IMG/VR virus record: IMGVR_UViG_3300043399_000877
Location: 317,887 to 381,886 of that record
Direction: 5' to 3' (one strand)
Length of the DNA stretch: 64,000 nucleotides
The notes under the pieces were generated by a model. The model had not been told where the DNA came from. It saw nothing but the letters and a program-made list of their open reading frames with translations, and did not search any database. Position 1 is the first letter of the stretch. The number at the start of each line of letters is the position of its first letter. Shown one piece after another: positions 20,280 through 29,532 of this stretch. The position numbers and the translations under genes were made by a program.

Positions 20280-21302
20280 TTACATCTTTCTATACTGTTC
20301 GTATAACGCTATACTGGCAAGATTCTTCATCTTTGCCTCTACCATTATATCACCATGTTCTAGAAATCCCAGAGCCCATTCATTGCATGCATGGTTCCAC
20401 ATGTAATCGCTGTGCGCCCTTAGTTTGGCTTTTTTGTGTCCGGTAGCAAGCAGTCCGGCAAAATCGGGCCGTACACTAGGATCATGTTGTGACAACTGGT
20501 CTTCCCTTGATACACTGTAATGAAAAACAGGGCGTACGCCGCGCCAGCTATCAACAATACGAGCAACCCGAGTATCGTCTGGTTCAATATATTCTCCTTC
20601 ACTGTTGCACCAGTGATGGTGCAGATCTAATACCAGTGCAACATGCTTCTCAAGTTCAAGACTTGCATCGATGCCCCAGCTATTCTCGTCATTTTCGATA
20701 GTGATACTGTTACGTGCTTCCGGACTCAAACGTGGCAATACGTCGATGATTCCTTGAGGACCACGCCGGCCGCTAATATGAACGTTGCATTTGAAGTCCT
20801 GAAATTTCAAGCCATAACCCATCCAACGGATAAGGTCAGCATGATATTCAAATTCTTCTACACTACGAGCGACAATATCATCATTATCACTTGCGAGAAC
20901 AGTAAACTGGCCAGGATGCATAGACAGGCGAACATCAAGGCGCCGTGCAGCCTCACCCACACGATTGTACGCATGTTCACAATACCTTTTGACATCGCTT
21001 TGGCGCCAGAAATAACTCCAAGAAGACTCAGTATAAAGAGGAAGCTGGTTAGAACCGAGACGGACCATCCGAAGACCATCAGGCAAACTCCCCACATACT
21101 CTACTAAATTCAATGCGGCTTGCGCATTGTGTTTCATGATTTCCCATAGTTTATCCTCCGCTACGGAACGTTTCTGTCTGTTCATCCAAGCAACAGTTGT
21201 GCTTTTTTCAGAGTAGTTGCGTTGAATTTCTTCCAGCAATTTCACTGGCTGCTTTTGGTCTGGATGCATGTATTTACATGCGAATCCGATACGTCGTGTC
21301 AT
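20280..21302 (-). CDS. uvsE: UV-damage endonuclease
   Basis: RIGFACK, RLSMHPGQF, ITIENDE, LDLHHHW, AHSD and DIMVEAK motifs. Confidence 0.93.
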   Translation of the reverse strand: MTRRIGFACKYMHPDQKQPVKLLEEIQRNYSEKSTTVAWMNRQKRSVAEDKLWEIMKHNAQAALNLVEYVGSLPDGLRMVRLGSNQLPLYTESSWSYFWRQSDVKRYCEHAYNRVGEAARRLDVRLSMHPGQFTVLASDNDDIVARSVEEFEYHADLIRWMGYGLKFQDFKCNVHISGRRGPQGIIDVLPRLSPEARNSITIENDENSWGIDASLELEKHVALVLDLHHHWCNSEGEYIEPDDTRVARIVDSWRGVRPVFHYSVSREDQLSQHDPSVRPDFAGLLATGHKKAKLRAHSDYMWNHACNEWALGFLEHGDIMVEAKMKNLASIALYEQYRKM

Positions 21303-21544
21303 GCTCGTCCTGCCAATATTTTAAAAATTTGATGATAGCTGTTTTTGCACTGTTGCAACGCCCAGTCTAACTGCCGTGCGGGCATGTTGTCAACTACTTG
21401 ATCGATGTCTCGATCAAGGTCAGTATGACTGTACATTCTCTTAAAAACCAAACGGTTACTTTCGTCTAACTTGGAGAGTATGCGTTTAATTTCAGATCTT
21501 TTCTGTTTTGGGGTCATAGATTTTGTGTGCATTTGCAATAACAA
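21299..21544 (-). CDS. Hypothetical protein
   Basis: FKRMYSH...LDWALQQC motif; start probably slightly downstream of the promoter. Confidence 0.55.
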   Translation of the reverse strand: MLLQMHTKSMTPKQKRSEIKRILSKLDESNRLVFKRMYSHTDLDRDIDQVVDNMPARQLDWALQQCKNSYHQIFKILAGRA

Positions 21545-21569
21545 TAGCGTAAAGTTTTAACACTGTCAA
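21541..21569 (-). promoter_or_regulatory. Sigma70-type early promoter
   Basis: TTGACA-N17-TATTGT. Confidence 0.7.
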
Positions 21570-22261
21570 CACCAATTATTCTGCACCCATGAATCAGCAC
21601 ATTCATGAGGATTTGGCTTTCCATGAAAAACTGCAATACAGGTATCGTCGCCAAACTTTGGTGGCTCGTCTACGAGAAAATTCAAACCATTAGTGGTTTT
21701 TACCAACTGTGTTTTATTGCGCATTTCCCATTTGTAACTCATGACCCATTCATCTGGCCAAAACTCAAATTCTTTAATCTGATCATACAAATAGTCTTGA
21801 TCACCGGCATACCGTGCTGTATACGATGTTTTGTTTTTTGTAAAATTATCATATACCTCTGAATGATGCCCACTTTCAAATCTAAATACGCTGCTGTTCA
21901 TACGCTTCCATGACGGAATTTGGTGACGGGTAAAATCTCTTATAATACAAAACTCTCCGGGCTTGTATTCAAAAAACTTATCTAGTGATCCAAACACCAC
22001 TACATCTAAATCTAAAAACAGGATAGAACCGCTTAACGGCAAGTCATTACTCAAGAACCACAGTTTGTTCCACCATCCTGCTACTTTTATATCAGGTATA
22101 TTGTATACGCTAACAGCGGGGTCTATGCCACTACGGTCGTCAGTAAAACATGTAAATTGATATGGTAGGGACAAATTTCTCCCTACCATACTGTGCAGTC
22201 GATTTACATAGTCTGCTGAATATTTTGTACCCCACTTGAGGCACACTACGTGATTAGTCAA
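21566..22261 (-). CDS. Glycosyltransferase (GT-A fold, DxD)
   Basis: VVCLKWGTKYSADYVNRL, FLDLDVV, GDQDY and VFHGKPNP; probable TTG start at 22261. Confidence 0.8.
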   Translation of the reverse strand: MTNHVVCLKWGTKYSADYVNRLHSMVGRNLSLPYQFTCFTDDRSGIDPAVSVYNIPDIKVAGWWNKLWFLSNDLPLSGSILFLDLDVVVFGSLDKFFEYKPGEFCIIRDFTRHQIPSWKRMNSSVFRFESGHHSEVYDNFTKNKTSYTARYAGDQDYLYDQIKEFEFWPDEWVMSYKWEMRNKTQLVKTTNGLNFLVDEPPKFGDDTCIAVFHGKPNPHECADSWVQNNWC

Positions 22262-22760
22262 GAAGGTTTTCGTTCCATTCACGATGGCCTTCGCGGAAAG
22301 CCATATTTGCTTGAGTTTCACGAACTTCAACACGGAAACACCACAAACGTTCGGCTTCTCCCGGCCCCCACATGTCCGGAATGTACACGCCGTTTACATA
22401 CTTATAGAGCATGTCAGCCAAACTTTCACAGCCCAACTTGGGTAATACAGTTAGTTTGGCCATCTTTCTACGTTCCAGTTCACGATAAATGTCCATGTTG
22501 GGATCGTCTTCAGCAACCAAAAGTGTGTGATCAAATTGGTCTTCCAATACCTTTTTTAATTCTTTTAGACCGCCGTAGTCTGCTGCCCAGTTTCTAATGT
22601 CTAAGTCGTTTGTTCCAAAATAAAATTTCATACTAAAACTGTAGCCATGAATGGTATTGCAATGGCTGTCAGCCCGCCATTGTCTATAAGCACACGGGAA
22701 TGCATCAATATATTCTTTTGTGCTAACATATTTGTAAGTAATTGGTTCAAATCTTGCCAT
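22254..22760 (-). CDS. queD: 6-carboxy-tetrahydropterin synthase (QueD/PTPS)
   Basis: SHCNTIHGYS, DYGGLK, FDHT and VEVRET motifs; start MARFEP after SD GGAGG. Confidence 0.88.
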   Translation of the reverse strand: MARFEPITYKYVSTKEYIDAFPCAYRQWRADSHCNTIHGYSFSMKFYFGTNDLDIRNWAADYGGLKELKKVLEDQFDHTLLVAEDDPNMDIYRELERRKMAKLTVLPKLGCESLADMLYKYVNGVYIPDMWGPGEAERLWCFRVEVRETQANMAFREGHREWNENLLD

Positions 22761-22784
22761 CTCTTGCCTCCATGAAGTAAGTTT

Positions 22785-22832
22785 GATGACACGCAGAGTA
22801 TTTAAAGTGGGATGAGCGTCCGAGTCCACTAT
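22785..22832 (-). promoter_or_regulatory. Candidate preQ1-I-like pseudoknot riboswitch in the queD leader
   Basis: AGUGG/CCACU stem, AUC before the 3' strand, A/U-rich tail, loop ACGC complementary to downstream GCGU; starts at the predicted TSS. Confidence 0.45.
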
Positions 22833-22838
22833 TCATAA

Positions 22839-22867
22839 ACTGTAGCATAGGATTTGTAAAAAGTCTA
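22839..22867 (-). promoter_or_regulatory. Sigma70-type promoter of queD
   Basis: TAGACT-N17-TACAGT with TG extension. Confidence 0.55.
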
Positions 22868-23248
22868 GTCATTATTTGAAGAAGATGCTATTAATAAATC
22901 ACCACTTCTTTCTAACCACATTAATTCACATTCGTATTCTACAGATATATTTAATGTTTCTGTAAAATTTGTTTCTGCTATTGATATTAATATACTGGTA
23001 CCTTGATCATCTACCTTTGTTACCGGGACCGGTTTGTTTTCTGCCAACATAATTACCGATCCCACAGTACAATAATTGCTTTTTTTGATTTCTAGAATAG
23101 ATTCAGTTAGTCGATCGTGGAAGAACATTTCTGTATGGTTTATTGGATCTATATTTAAAAATTTCAAATATGTTACTCCAAACGAGATCAGTATCGCAAA
23201 CGACATGCAAGAAATTAATAACGGTACTGCATTAAATGTCCTGGTCAT
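22865..23248 (-). CDS. Membrane-anchored hypothetical protein
   Basis: N-terminal TM helix; two Cys in the soluble part. Confidence 0.55.
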   Translation of the reverse strand: MTRTFNAVPLLISCMSFAILISFGVTYLKFLNIDPINHTEMFFHDRLTESILEIKKSNYCTVGSVIMLAENKPVPVTKVDDQGTSILISIAETNFTETLNISVEYECELMWLERSGDLLIASSSNND

Positions 23249-23558
23249 CTATTACTTCTTGTCTCATAATTGATCTTATTTCTTCGATTTCTTTAATTGC
23301 AGTATTTATTCCGTTGTGTGCATTTCGAAGATAATCAGTAAGTTTAATTATGGAGTACAAAATCCACAGCCACCAGGCAAACATAGATGCTCCCAATATG
23401 GATGAACCTATCCAAAAAACCAATCCAAAATCTATTGTGTCAGTAACCAACAGGATTACCCCGATCAGCAAAAATGCTGGCGGGGTAATTGTCGCGTAGG
23501 CTATCCACTTACGCACTTGTTCTGGGATTTTTTGAATTTTATTTTCTAGTTCTTCCAT
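23232..23558 (-). CDS. Two-TM membrane protein (holin-like topology)
   Basis: Two hydrophobic helices and a C-terminal coiled coil; TAAATA box 5 nt before ATG. Confidence 0.55.
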   Translation of the reverse strand: MEELENKIQKIPEQVRKWIAYATITPPAFLLIGVILLVTDTIDFGLVFWIGSSILGASMFAWWLWILYSIIKLTDYLRNAHNGINTAIKEIEEIRSIMRQEVIDDQDI

Positions 23559-23587
23559 ATCAATATTTAATACGGAATCACTGATTT

Positions 23588-24769
23588 TTAATGTACTGCT
23601 TTAAGTATAACCGTTTCTTCGTTAAGTCTTCCGTTGAGCTTTGTGTCAGTAGTTTTGATTTCATCCATAAACTTGCGCAGTTTTATCTTACCGGCTGCTT
23701 TAAACTCTTTCAGTGTTTCATCCGGCTTGCGCAGTGTTTTTTGGACACTCAGTTCTTCATCAAATCCCACTAGGGCTGAACCTTTAACAGTCATGATCCT
23801 GCAATCTTCAGCTGCAACATATTTTCCGAGTTTACGTGTCTTAACGTTAAAGACCCACACTTCGGTGCTGTCCAGCAGTTCAAGAGGATTTACACTGACG
23901 ATATTATATTTGGTATCGCTAGCACAATACTTGACTTTTGCCACCAGCTTTTCCTTGCTGACAGGCTTTTTAACCCTGGGCTTCCTTACTGCTTTGCTCA
24001 TGCCTATCACGAGCTCGCAGGCGCTGACAACGCTCTCTAGGGCCTCTAGCCATGCTTGGCTAGTCTTTTTAGTCCTGTGTGCGTAGCCCTCGCGCAGTTG
24101 CTCTGCCATGTCACGCTCTCGTGGATCTTTGATTTTAGCAACTGCTGCGGCTGTGGGCATGTTCAACACAAGACGCGCCTCTTCAAGTTCTCCCTGATAG
24201 AACTTGAGTATTTGTCTCGCGTGTGCCTGTGTTATTTCATTTTTCTTAAAATGATCATTAACATTAAAACCTTTAGGATCAAAAGACCCAGGATCCCTAA
24301 TAAAACCATCTAACCACTCATCTATGTCATCAGCCACTTCTTTAGCTTTTTCAAGAACTCTGTCCTGAATAGTCATAATCGGACTAGCAATTTTTGTTTT
24401 TTGCTCGTCCTTTTTCTGTTCTAGAACCTTAGCGCCTTCTTCGAACAACTGCTTGCAGTAGCGTTCTAATGCTGCTTTGGACTTTTCATCTATTTCTAAA
24501 CCTTGAGTAAGCCAAAACGCAAAAGTTGCCCAATGACTTGCATATGTAAACTTCCATTCCGGCAACACCATAGCTGCTGCATACTCGGATTTAGAATAGA
24601 ATTTCTTTATGTAATCTTTGAATACCTTACTGTACTCTCGATTTTCAATTTCGTAATGAACGTAGTGCTTTGCTTTGTCCAAACTGTCGGTTGGCATTGC
24701 TGCAAAACCGGTTAACCTGCGTGTTGCTCGGACCGGCTTCTTTTTTCTTGTTGTTGTTTTTGCTACCAT
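23588..24769 (-). CDS. Conserved hypothetical protein of T4-like phages
   Basis: 393 aa; C-terminal WVFNVKTRKL...SVQKTLRKP...LNGRLNE. Confidence 0.7.
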   Translation of the reverse strand: MVAKTTTRKKKPVRATRRLTGFAAMPTDSLDKAKHYVHYEIENREYSKVFKDYIKKFYSKSEYAAAMVLPEWKFTYASHWATFAFWLTQGLEIDEKSKAALERYCKQLFEEGAKVLEQKKDEQKTKIASPIMTIQDRVLEKAKEVADDIDEWLDGFIRDPGSFDPKGFNVNDHFKKNEITQAHARQILKFYQGELEEARLVLNMPTAAAVAKIKDPRERDMAEQLREGYAHRTKKTSQAWLEALESVVSACELVIGMSKAVRKPRVKKPVSKEKLVAKVKYCASDTKYNIVSVNPLELLDSTEVWVFNVKTRKLGKYVAAEDCRIMTVKGSALVGFDEELSVQKTLRKPDETLKEFKAAGKIKLRKFMDEIKTTDTKLNGRLNEETVILKAVH

Positions 24770-24997
24770 TTATTTGTTACCATACTTTATGTTGTAGAAT
24801 GTAACATGCTTTTCAGGCAAGTCAAATTCAAATACGATGTCGTATTCGTATGTATGTTGAACAGGGTGTATATCGTAATTTATGAATGAACCGTGTTTGG
24901 CTAGATACTGAATTGGGTCTTGATAAAAAAGCTCTTGTGATAATTCAGAAACCAACCTGCTGTCTTGTGGGACGCGATAAGACTTACGTATTAGCAT
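24770..24997 (-). CDS. Small hypothetical protein
   Basis: Ends FDLPEKHVTFYNIKYG, resembling the 33-36 kb family tail. Confidence 0.5.
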   Translation of the reverse strand: MLIRKSYRVPQDSRLVSELSQELFYQDPIQYLAKHGSFINYDIHPVQHTYEYDIVFEFDLPEKHVTFYNIKYGNK

Positions 24998-25268
24998 TAT
25001 CTGGAATCAATTCAAGTAATTGGCGGTATCGTTCATAGGCCGCCTGTGCTGCCGGACATCTTTCTCGTCGTATACGTTCCCGATCGGCTTCAGAAAAATC
25101 TTTGATTAGTCTTGTGAAACTGGACTGGAGCATGGTTATCGTTACTTCATGTTCCACCTGAAAATCATCACTATGTGTTTTGGTTACATAAAACTCGTGA
25201 TTCGTGTCTACTTCAATATCCAATACTTGATATCTACTTATAAAAGCATATTGATAATCTTTACTCAT
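24984..25268 (-). CDS. Hypothetical protein
   Basis: C-terminal RERCPAAQAAYERYRQLL. Confidence 0.55.
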   Translation of the reverse strand: MSKDYQYAFISRYQVLDIEVDTNHEFYVTKTHSDDFQVEHEVTITMLQSSFTRLIKDFSEADRERIRRERCPAAQAAYERYRQLLELIPDNANT

Positions 25269-25557
25269 CTTCCCTCGCGGCGCGTAACTCGTCCAATAAC
25301 ATTAACTTGTCGTATGCATCTTGGACGGATTCAAATTTCTTTTGTAAATCTCTTATATTACTTGCCAGATAGGAAAACTGACCTTTGCTTAAATTGCGCA
25401 ATGCAGCAAGTGTTTCGAATAGTTTTTCTAAATCACTTTCGTCACCGATGTTGGGAGTTGTATCATTAAAGATTTTATACAACTCGCGCCGGCTCATTTC
25501 ACAAATAAACCCATCTTTGGTTGATGCTATTACTTTCATTAGTCCCACCCTCCCCAA
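25261..25557 (-). CDS. Hypothetical protein
   Basis: 98-aa ORF with a coiled-coil tail. Confidence 0.5.
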   Translation of the reverse strand: MGRVGLMKVIASTKDGFICEMSRRELYKIFNDTTPNIGDESDLEKLFETLAALRNLSKGQFSYLASNIRDLQKKFESVQDAYDKLMLLDELRAAREDE

Positions 25558-25880
25558 TTCCAGCCAATTTTATTGAAATAATGTTTAAATTCTTCTCTAG
25601 TTCCGGCCATAATGTGTTCATATGTAAAATCGGCATCATCTTCAACGACAAGAAACATTAATTCTGATGTAAACAATGATTCAGTACATTCGAACAATCT
25701 GTATGACTGAGTTCCGTCTTTTTTAATTGCCCGACGTTTCCAATTACTAGCTTTTGTATGACCTTTTTCTAAGACCTTAAGTCTCTTTTCACCAACAAAT
25801 TCCCAGTTTCCTTTGGGGAGACTGCCGTAATTGTCAATGGTCCATTTTATTAAAGACTCGACGCTTGTTTTAGAACTCAC
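25539..25880 (-). CDS. Hypothetical protein
   Basis: 113-aa ORF, overlap-coupled. Confidence 0.55.
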   Translation of the reverse strand: MSSKTSVESLIKWTIDNYGSLPKGNWEFVGEKRLKVLEKGHTKASNWKRRAIKKDGTQSYRLFECTESLFTSELMFLVVEDDADFTYEHIMAGTREEFKHYFNKIGWNWGGWD

Positions 25881-26074
25881 AGTTTTTCATCCAGTGCTTG
25901 TTTGACTGACTTCCAAAATTGCTGTTTGGCAAACTCATTTGTTGTTACTAAGTTAAGTTGTTCTTCCCATTGATCCTGTTCGTCTAAATAAAACTTGATC
26001 TTATCTGTTACAATTTCTTTTTTGTCGTTATATTTTACTGATAAAAAATATACGTATGGTCTAAATTCTGTCAT
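25877..26074 (-). CDS. Hypothetical protein
   Basis: 65-aa ORF, ATGA-coupled to the ligase. Confidence 0.5.
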   Translation of the reverse strand: MTEFRPYVYFLSVKYNDKKEIVTDKIKFYLDEQDQWEEQLNLVTTNEFAKQQFWKSVKQALDEKL

Positions 26075-27396
26075 AGTTTTTCTCCAGGTGTAAATCCACG
26101 GAATGTTTTAAAACGTGGAAAACGCAAACTATACGTTCCATCCTGATTTTGCGTTACTGCATCAGCCCTAACTTCCACAAGAGATCCAGCAAGACGATTA
26201 CGGTCACGCCAAAAAGAATCACGCTCATCGTCTGTGAATCCGCTACCAACATTAACCCTAATATCTTTCCCGTCATCTTCCCCAGCGCATACCAGAGCCC
26301 CGAGTCTTCCCGCATTTTTTCCAGTTCCTTCTTCAACTGCTATGATTTCCAGTGTTACTTCAATAAACGGCTTCGCTTTGAGCCAGCTTGCAGTTCGTTT
26401 GCACTCATACGGCGCATCAACGTCTTTAATCATAACGCCTTCGTATCCACCCGCTACAGCCGCCTTATTGAGTTCCACAAAGCGTTGATAGCCTTCGGGA
26501 GTGTCTAGGTCAACAGTTTCCCAGCCTAGCGACGCCACGTGTTCCAGCCGATCTGCATGATCTTCAACCCATGCACTGATCATTTCACTACGAAAGCTTT
26601 GAGGCTTGTTCCACTTTTTGTTTTTGAAAGATCCAAGTGGGATCACATCAAACAGATTAAGCACGGCATCTTTTGCGTCGGCATTTTTCTTTCGACGTGC
26701 TTGCCGCATGAGATCCTGAAAGCTTGCACTCATGATCTCGCCGTCAAGTACCAGGGGATAGGGAGCAGGAGATTCTTGTAGCACACTGCGAATTTCTTCA
26801 ATGATGTGATCAAAATTGTGAAATTGTTTGCCGTTGCGGCTAAACATTTCGATGCTTTTGCCGTGTGTATCATTAATTACAGTAAGCACACGAACACCAT
26901 CTAGCTTTACTTCGATTTGCTTCTTACCGGTCATCTTGCCTTCATGGTTCGCACTGTCATGTGCAAGCTGGCATTCAAAAACCGGAACTTGATATTCTGG
27001 ATGCTTTTTAGTGACCTTGTTGACAGTCTTTTCGCTCACGCCGCAGCGCAAATCTTTGATAAGGATTCTACGGTACCAATCGTTCCATTGCTTTTGGGTA
27101 GCAACATCCATGGCCAGTTTGATAGCATCACGAGCGGCATTACCGGTAAGATTTCTATACTGAAGATCGTTTGCCAGCTCTCGAAACACGGTCCACGGAA
27201 GCCCCTGCCCCGCGTTTTCGTGTTTGATCGGAACTTGCTTCACACCAAAAGTAATCATCGGATCCAAAGCCATACGAATTCCTTCAAAGAATTCGGTTAG
27301 TCCCTCGTCAACCGCCTCTGCTAGAATAGCTTCTTTTTCCAGACGGCCGTTGTGTTCTTCCAGCCGACGAATAATCCAGTCAGGTTGTGTGCGCAT
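26071..27396 (-). CDS. ATP-dependent DNA ligase
   Basis: KLDGVR motif I, LDGEI, EGVMIK, WLKAK, VGSGF and SLRFPRF. Confidence 0.96.
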   Translation of the reverse strand: MRTQPDWIIRRLEEHNGRLEKEAILAEAVDEGLTEFFEGIRMALDPMITFGVKQVPIKHENAGQGLPWTVFRELANDLQYRNLTGNAARDAIKLAMDVATQKQWNDWYRRILIKDLRCGVSEKTVNKVTKKHPEYQVPVFECQLAHDSANHEGKMTGKKQIEVKLDGVRVLTVINDTHGKSIEMFSRNGKQFHNFDHIIEEIRSVLQESPAPYPLVLDGEIMSASFQDLMRQARRKKNADAKDAVLNLFDVIPLGSFKNKKWNKPQSFRSEMISAWVEDHADRLEHVASLGWETVDLDTPEGYQRFVELNKAAVAGGYEGVMIKDVDAPYECKRTASWLKAKPFIEVTLEIIAVEEGTGKNAGRLGALVCAGEDDGKDIRVNVGSGFTDDERDSFWRDRNRLAGSLVEVRADAVTQNQDGTYSLRFPRFKTFRGFTPGEKL

Positions 27397-27417
27397 GTAG
27401 TTCTCCTTGTCAAGGAC

Positions 27418-27446
27418 ACATTAGCACGAGCTTGCCGCAACGTCAA
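27418..27446 (-). promoter_or_regulatory. Sigma70-type early promoter
   Basis: TTGACG-N17-TAATGT with TG extension. Confidence 0.65.
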
Positions 27447-27453
27447 CTGTTAA

Positions 27454-28092
27454 TTATTCAAGAGTTACGACTGTATACGGGGTTTCGCCATCGGGTAATA
27501 CAGCGAGAGGATCATCTGATTTGAATTTTAATAAATCGTCTGTGCTAGTAAAATTTAAAAAAGTTTTGTTTGAAGTATTTTCTAAAATTCTTCTGTAAAA
27601 TTCTAGAGTGTACCCGTTGGCCAAAAACCACTCAACTAATGCCACATGTGAAATGCTGGACATCAAAAACAGATCATTAAGTGAGTCAGCTGTTGACACG
27701 ACTGGGAAGTACGGAGTATGAAAAAGCAGGTTTCCGTTTACTTGTAACTGTTTGGATGCCATAACTGCAAAGGCACATGCACTTATACATTCGGTATTTT
27801 CTCTTATTAAAACCTCAACGTCAGAATTTTTTAAGTAAGTTCCTATAATGAGCGATGCATTCATTTCGCCACCGGGACTTATCATCACTAGTGTTTTTGG
27901 TTTTTGGATGCTCAATACTTCTACTAGAGAAAATGCTGCACTTTCGCTGATTTCTCCGTAAAAAACCACAGCGTCTTCTTCTTTAAAAATACCGAAAGTA
28001 TATGATATAACGAGAGGTTTTGTTTCTGCTTGGATTGATCCAGGCCATAGCAAGGTTAATATCAATGTTATAAAAAACAAAACACGTCTCAT
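27454..28092 (-). CDS. Secreted ClpP/crotonase-like protein
   Basis: Signal peptide; SPGG and CISACA...FH motifs. Confidence 0.65.
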   Translation of the reverse strand: MRRVLFFITLILTLLWPGSIQAETKPLVISYTFGIFKEEDAVVFYGEISESAAFSLVEVLSIQKPKTLVMISPGGEMNASLIIGTYLKNSDVEVLIRENTECISACAFAVMASKQLQVNGNLLFHTPYFPVVSTADSLNDLFLMSSISHVALVEWFLANGYTLEFYRRILENTSNKTFLNFTSTDDLLKFKSDDPLAVLPDGETPYTVVTLE

Positions 28093-28134
28093 ATATTATT
28101 TATTAAAAATGGTGCTGGTTTCCCAGCACCATTG

Positions 28135-28617
28135 TTAAGCATCGACGGTTCCACGACCGTGTGCAACACCGTCGGCACCGTAGCTTGCAGCAAAACCATC
28201 TGGTTTGAGTTTAGGCTCAATTCCAGTGACTCCCAACACATAACCGGCTGCTTGGCTTGCGACACAGTTACTTCCGTGTTTGGGATCAGTGTTGACGTCA
28301 ATGTGTATTTCTACATCATACTCATCAATAAATGGTGCAAGTTGGGTGTAGAGTTCACACACCTTCATGACCTCGTTCATAAGACGCATACTTGGACGAT
28401 TTTTCTTTAGATCGTAGTCAGGTTCAATTGACTTTGTGCTAAAGAGTCGGCATCCGCGATTACCGTTCATATGGACTATAGCCACTGTCGCGTATCTTGC
28501 ATACCAGCGCCCGTCCTTACGGAATCTTACGCTGTCGCAACCCAGATAGATTTTTGTATTGGAGTTTAACACTGCCAATAAATCTACCATATCTTCTATC
28601 TGTTTTTGTGTGAACAT
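28135..28617 (-). CDS. RNase H-like protein (YkuK family)
   Basis: IYLGCDS, RLMNEV, EIHIDVN and AASYGAD motifs. Confidence 0.8.
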   Translation of the reverse strand: MFTQKQIEDMVDLLAVLNSNTKIYLGCDSVRFRKDGRWYARYATVAIVHMNGNRGCRLFSTKSIEPDYDLKKNRPSMRLMNEVMKVCELYTQLAPFIDEYDVEIHIDVNTDPKHGSNCVASQAAGYVLGVTGIEPKLKPDGFAASYGADGVAHGRGTVDA

Positions 28618-28642
28618 TTTTACTTCCTCGTTTATCTACTTT

Positions 28643-28927
28643 CTATTCATTCTTCTTCCACTTTACAATTCCATCCCCATCAACTGTCCAGTCGTAACCG
28701 AGACTTTTAAGGAAACTTCTTGTTTGATACAAACTGCTTACCACAGATGTCAACGAACCCGCACAATGTCTCGGGTCATCATCCAACAACGGATAACGAC
28801 CGGTCGATGCCAGGGACTCCGCCATCATTTGAACGTGCCGACTAGCCGGACAAGTATTATCCGGAAAATGGCGGCTATCGATCATATGTTTTATTTCTTT
28901 TTCAAGACTGTATGTTGAGTCACTCAT
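28643..28927 (-). CDS. Hypothetical protein
   Basis: 94-aa ORF. Confidence 0.5.
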   Translation of the reverse strand: MSDSTYSLEKEIKHMIDSRHFPDNTCPASRHVQMMAESLASTGRYPLLDDDPRHCAGSLTSVVSSLYQTRSFLKSLGYDWTVDGDGIVKWKKNE

Positions 28928-29192
28928 CTTCTTCGCCCGTAATGTTTGACCATTCAGTTGTCATGCTAAATGTTGCATATAGATTTTCTTTATCTTCAGG
29001 CAACCCGTAGACATGAACTGATGGCCCGTTCAAGTCATCTGTAAGAATTACAGTATGTGTTATTAGACTACACGCTTCATCAAGATTGTCAACAATTTTG
29101 TTGAGCTCCAGGATAGTCTGTGCTACTTCTTCATCGTTCGGGACGGTATTCCCGGTCCAACGGATGTTGAATTTCTTTAGTTTCATGGTCAT
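28920..29192 (-). CDS. Hypothetical protein
   Basis: 90-aa ORF. Confidence 0.45.
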   Translation of the reverse strand: MTMKLKKFNIRWTGNTVPNDEEVAQTILELNKIVDNLDEACSLITHTVILTDDLNGPSVHVYGLPEDKENLYATFSMTTEWSNITGEEDE

Positions 29193-29532
29193 TTTTGTAC
29201 CCCACTGTTTCGCGTTTTATGTCGTGATGGCTAAATTCTGCCCAATACAATTCAAATGCCACGCCGCTTTCAAGACACTCAAATTGGTGATATACTCCGG
29301 GTTTTACTTTTGTATATTCACCTGGTCCCAGGATAGTCTCGTCAATCAAATCATAGTCTTTTTGCCAAACTCTCACAATCATGCGACCGGACTCGACAAA
29401 AAATCCATTCCATTTATACTCGTGAAGATGCTTACTGCAAACTCCACCGGCATTCATTTCTATTCTGTGAAATTCTAAAACACCGTTTGCTTCGACAAGC
29501 TCAGTTGTGCCCCATATTTTTCCTGCTTTCAT
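29131..29532 (-). CDS. Cupin-fold protein (sugar isomerase-like)
   Basis: GKIWG, CSKHLH..KWNGF and PGVYHQF motifs. Confidence 0.75.
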   Translation of the reverse strand: MKAGKIWGTTELVEANGVLEFHRIEMNAGGVCSKHLHEYKWNGFFVESGRMIVRVWQKDYDLIDETILGPGEYTKVKPGVYHQFECLESGVAFELYWAEFSHHDIKRETVGYKNDHETKEIQHPLDREYRPER

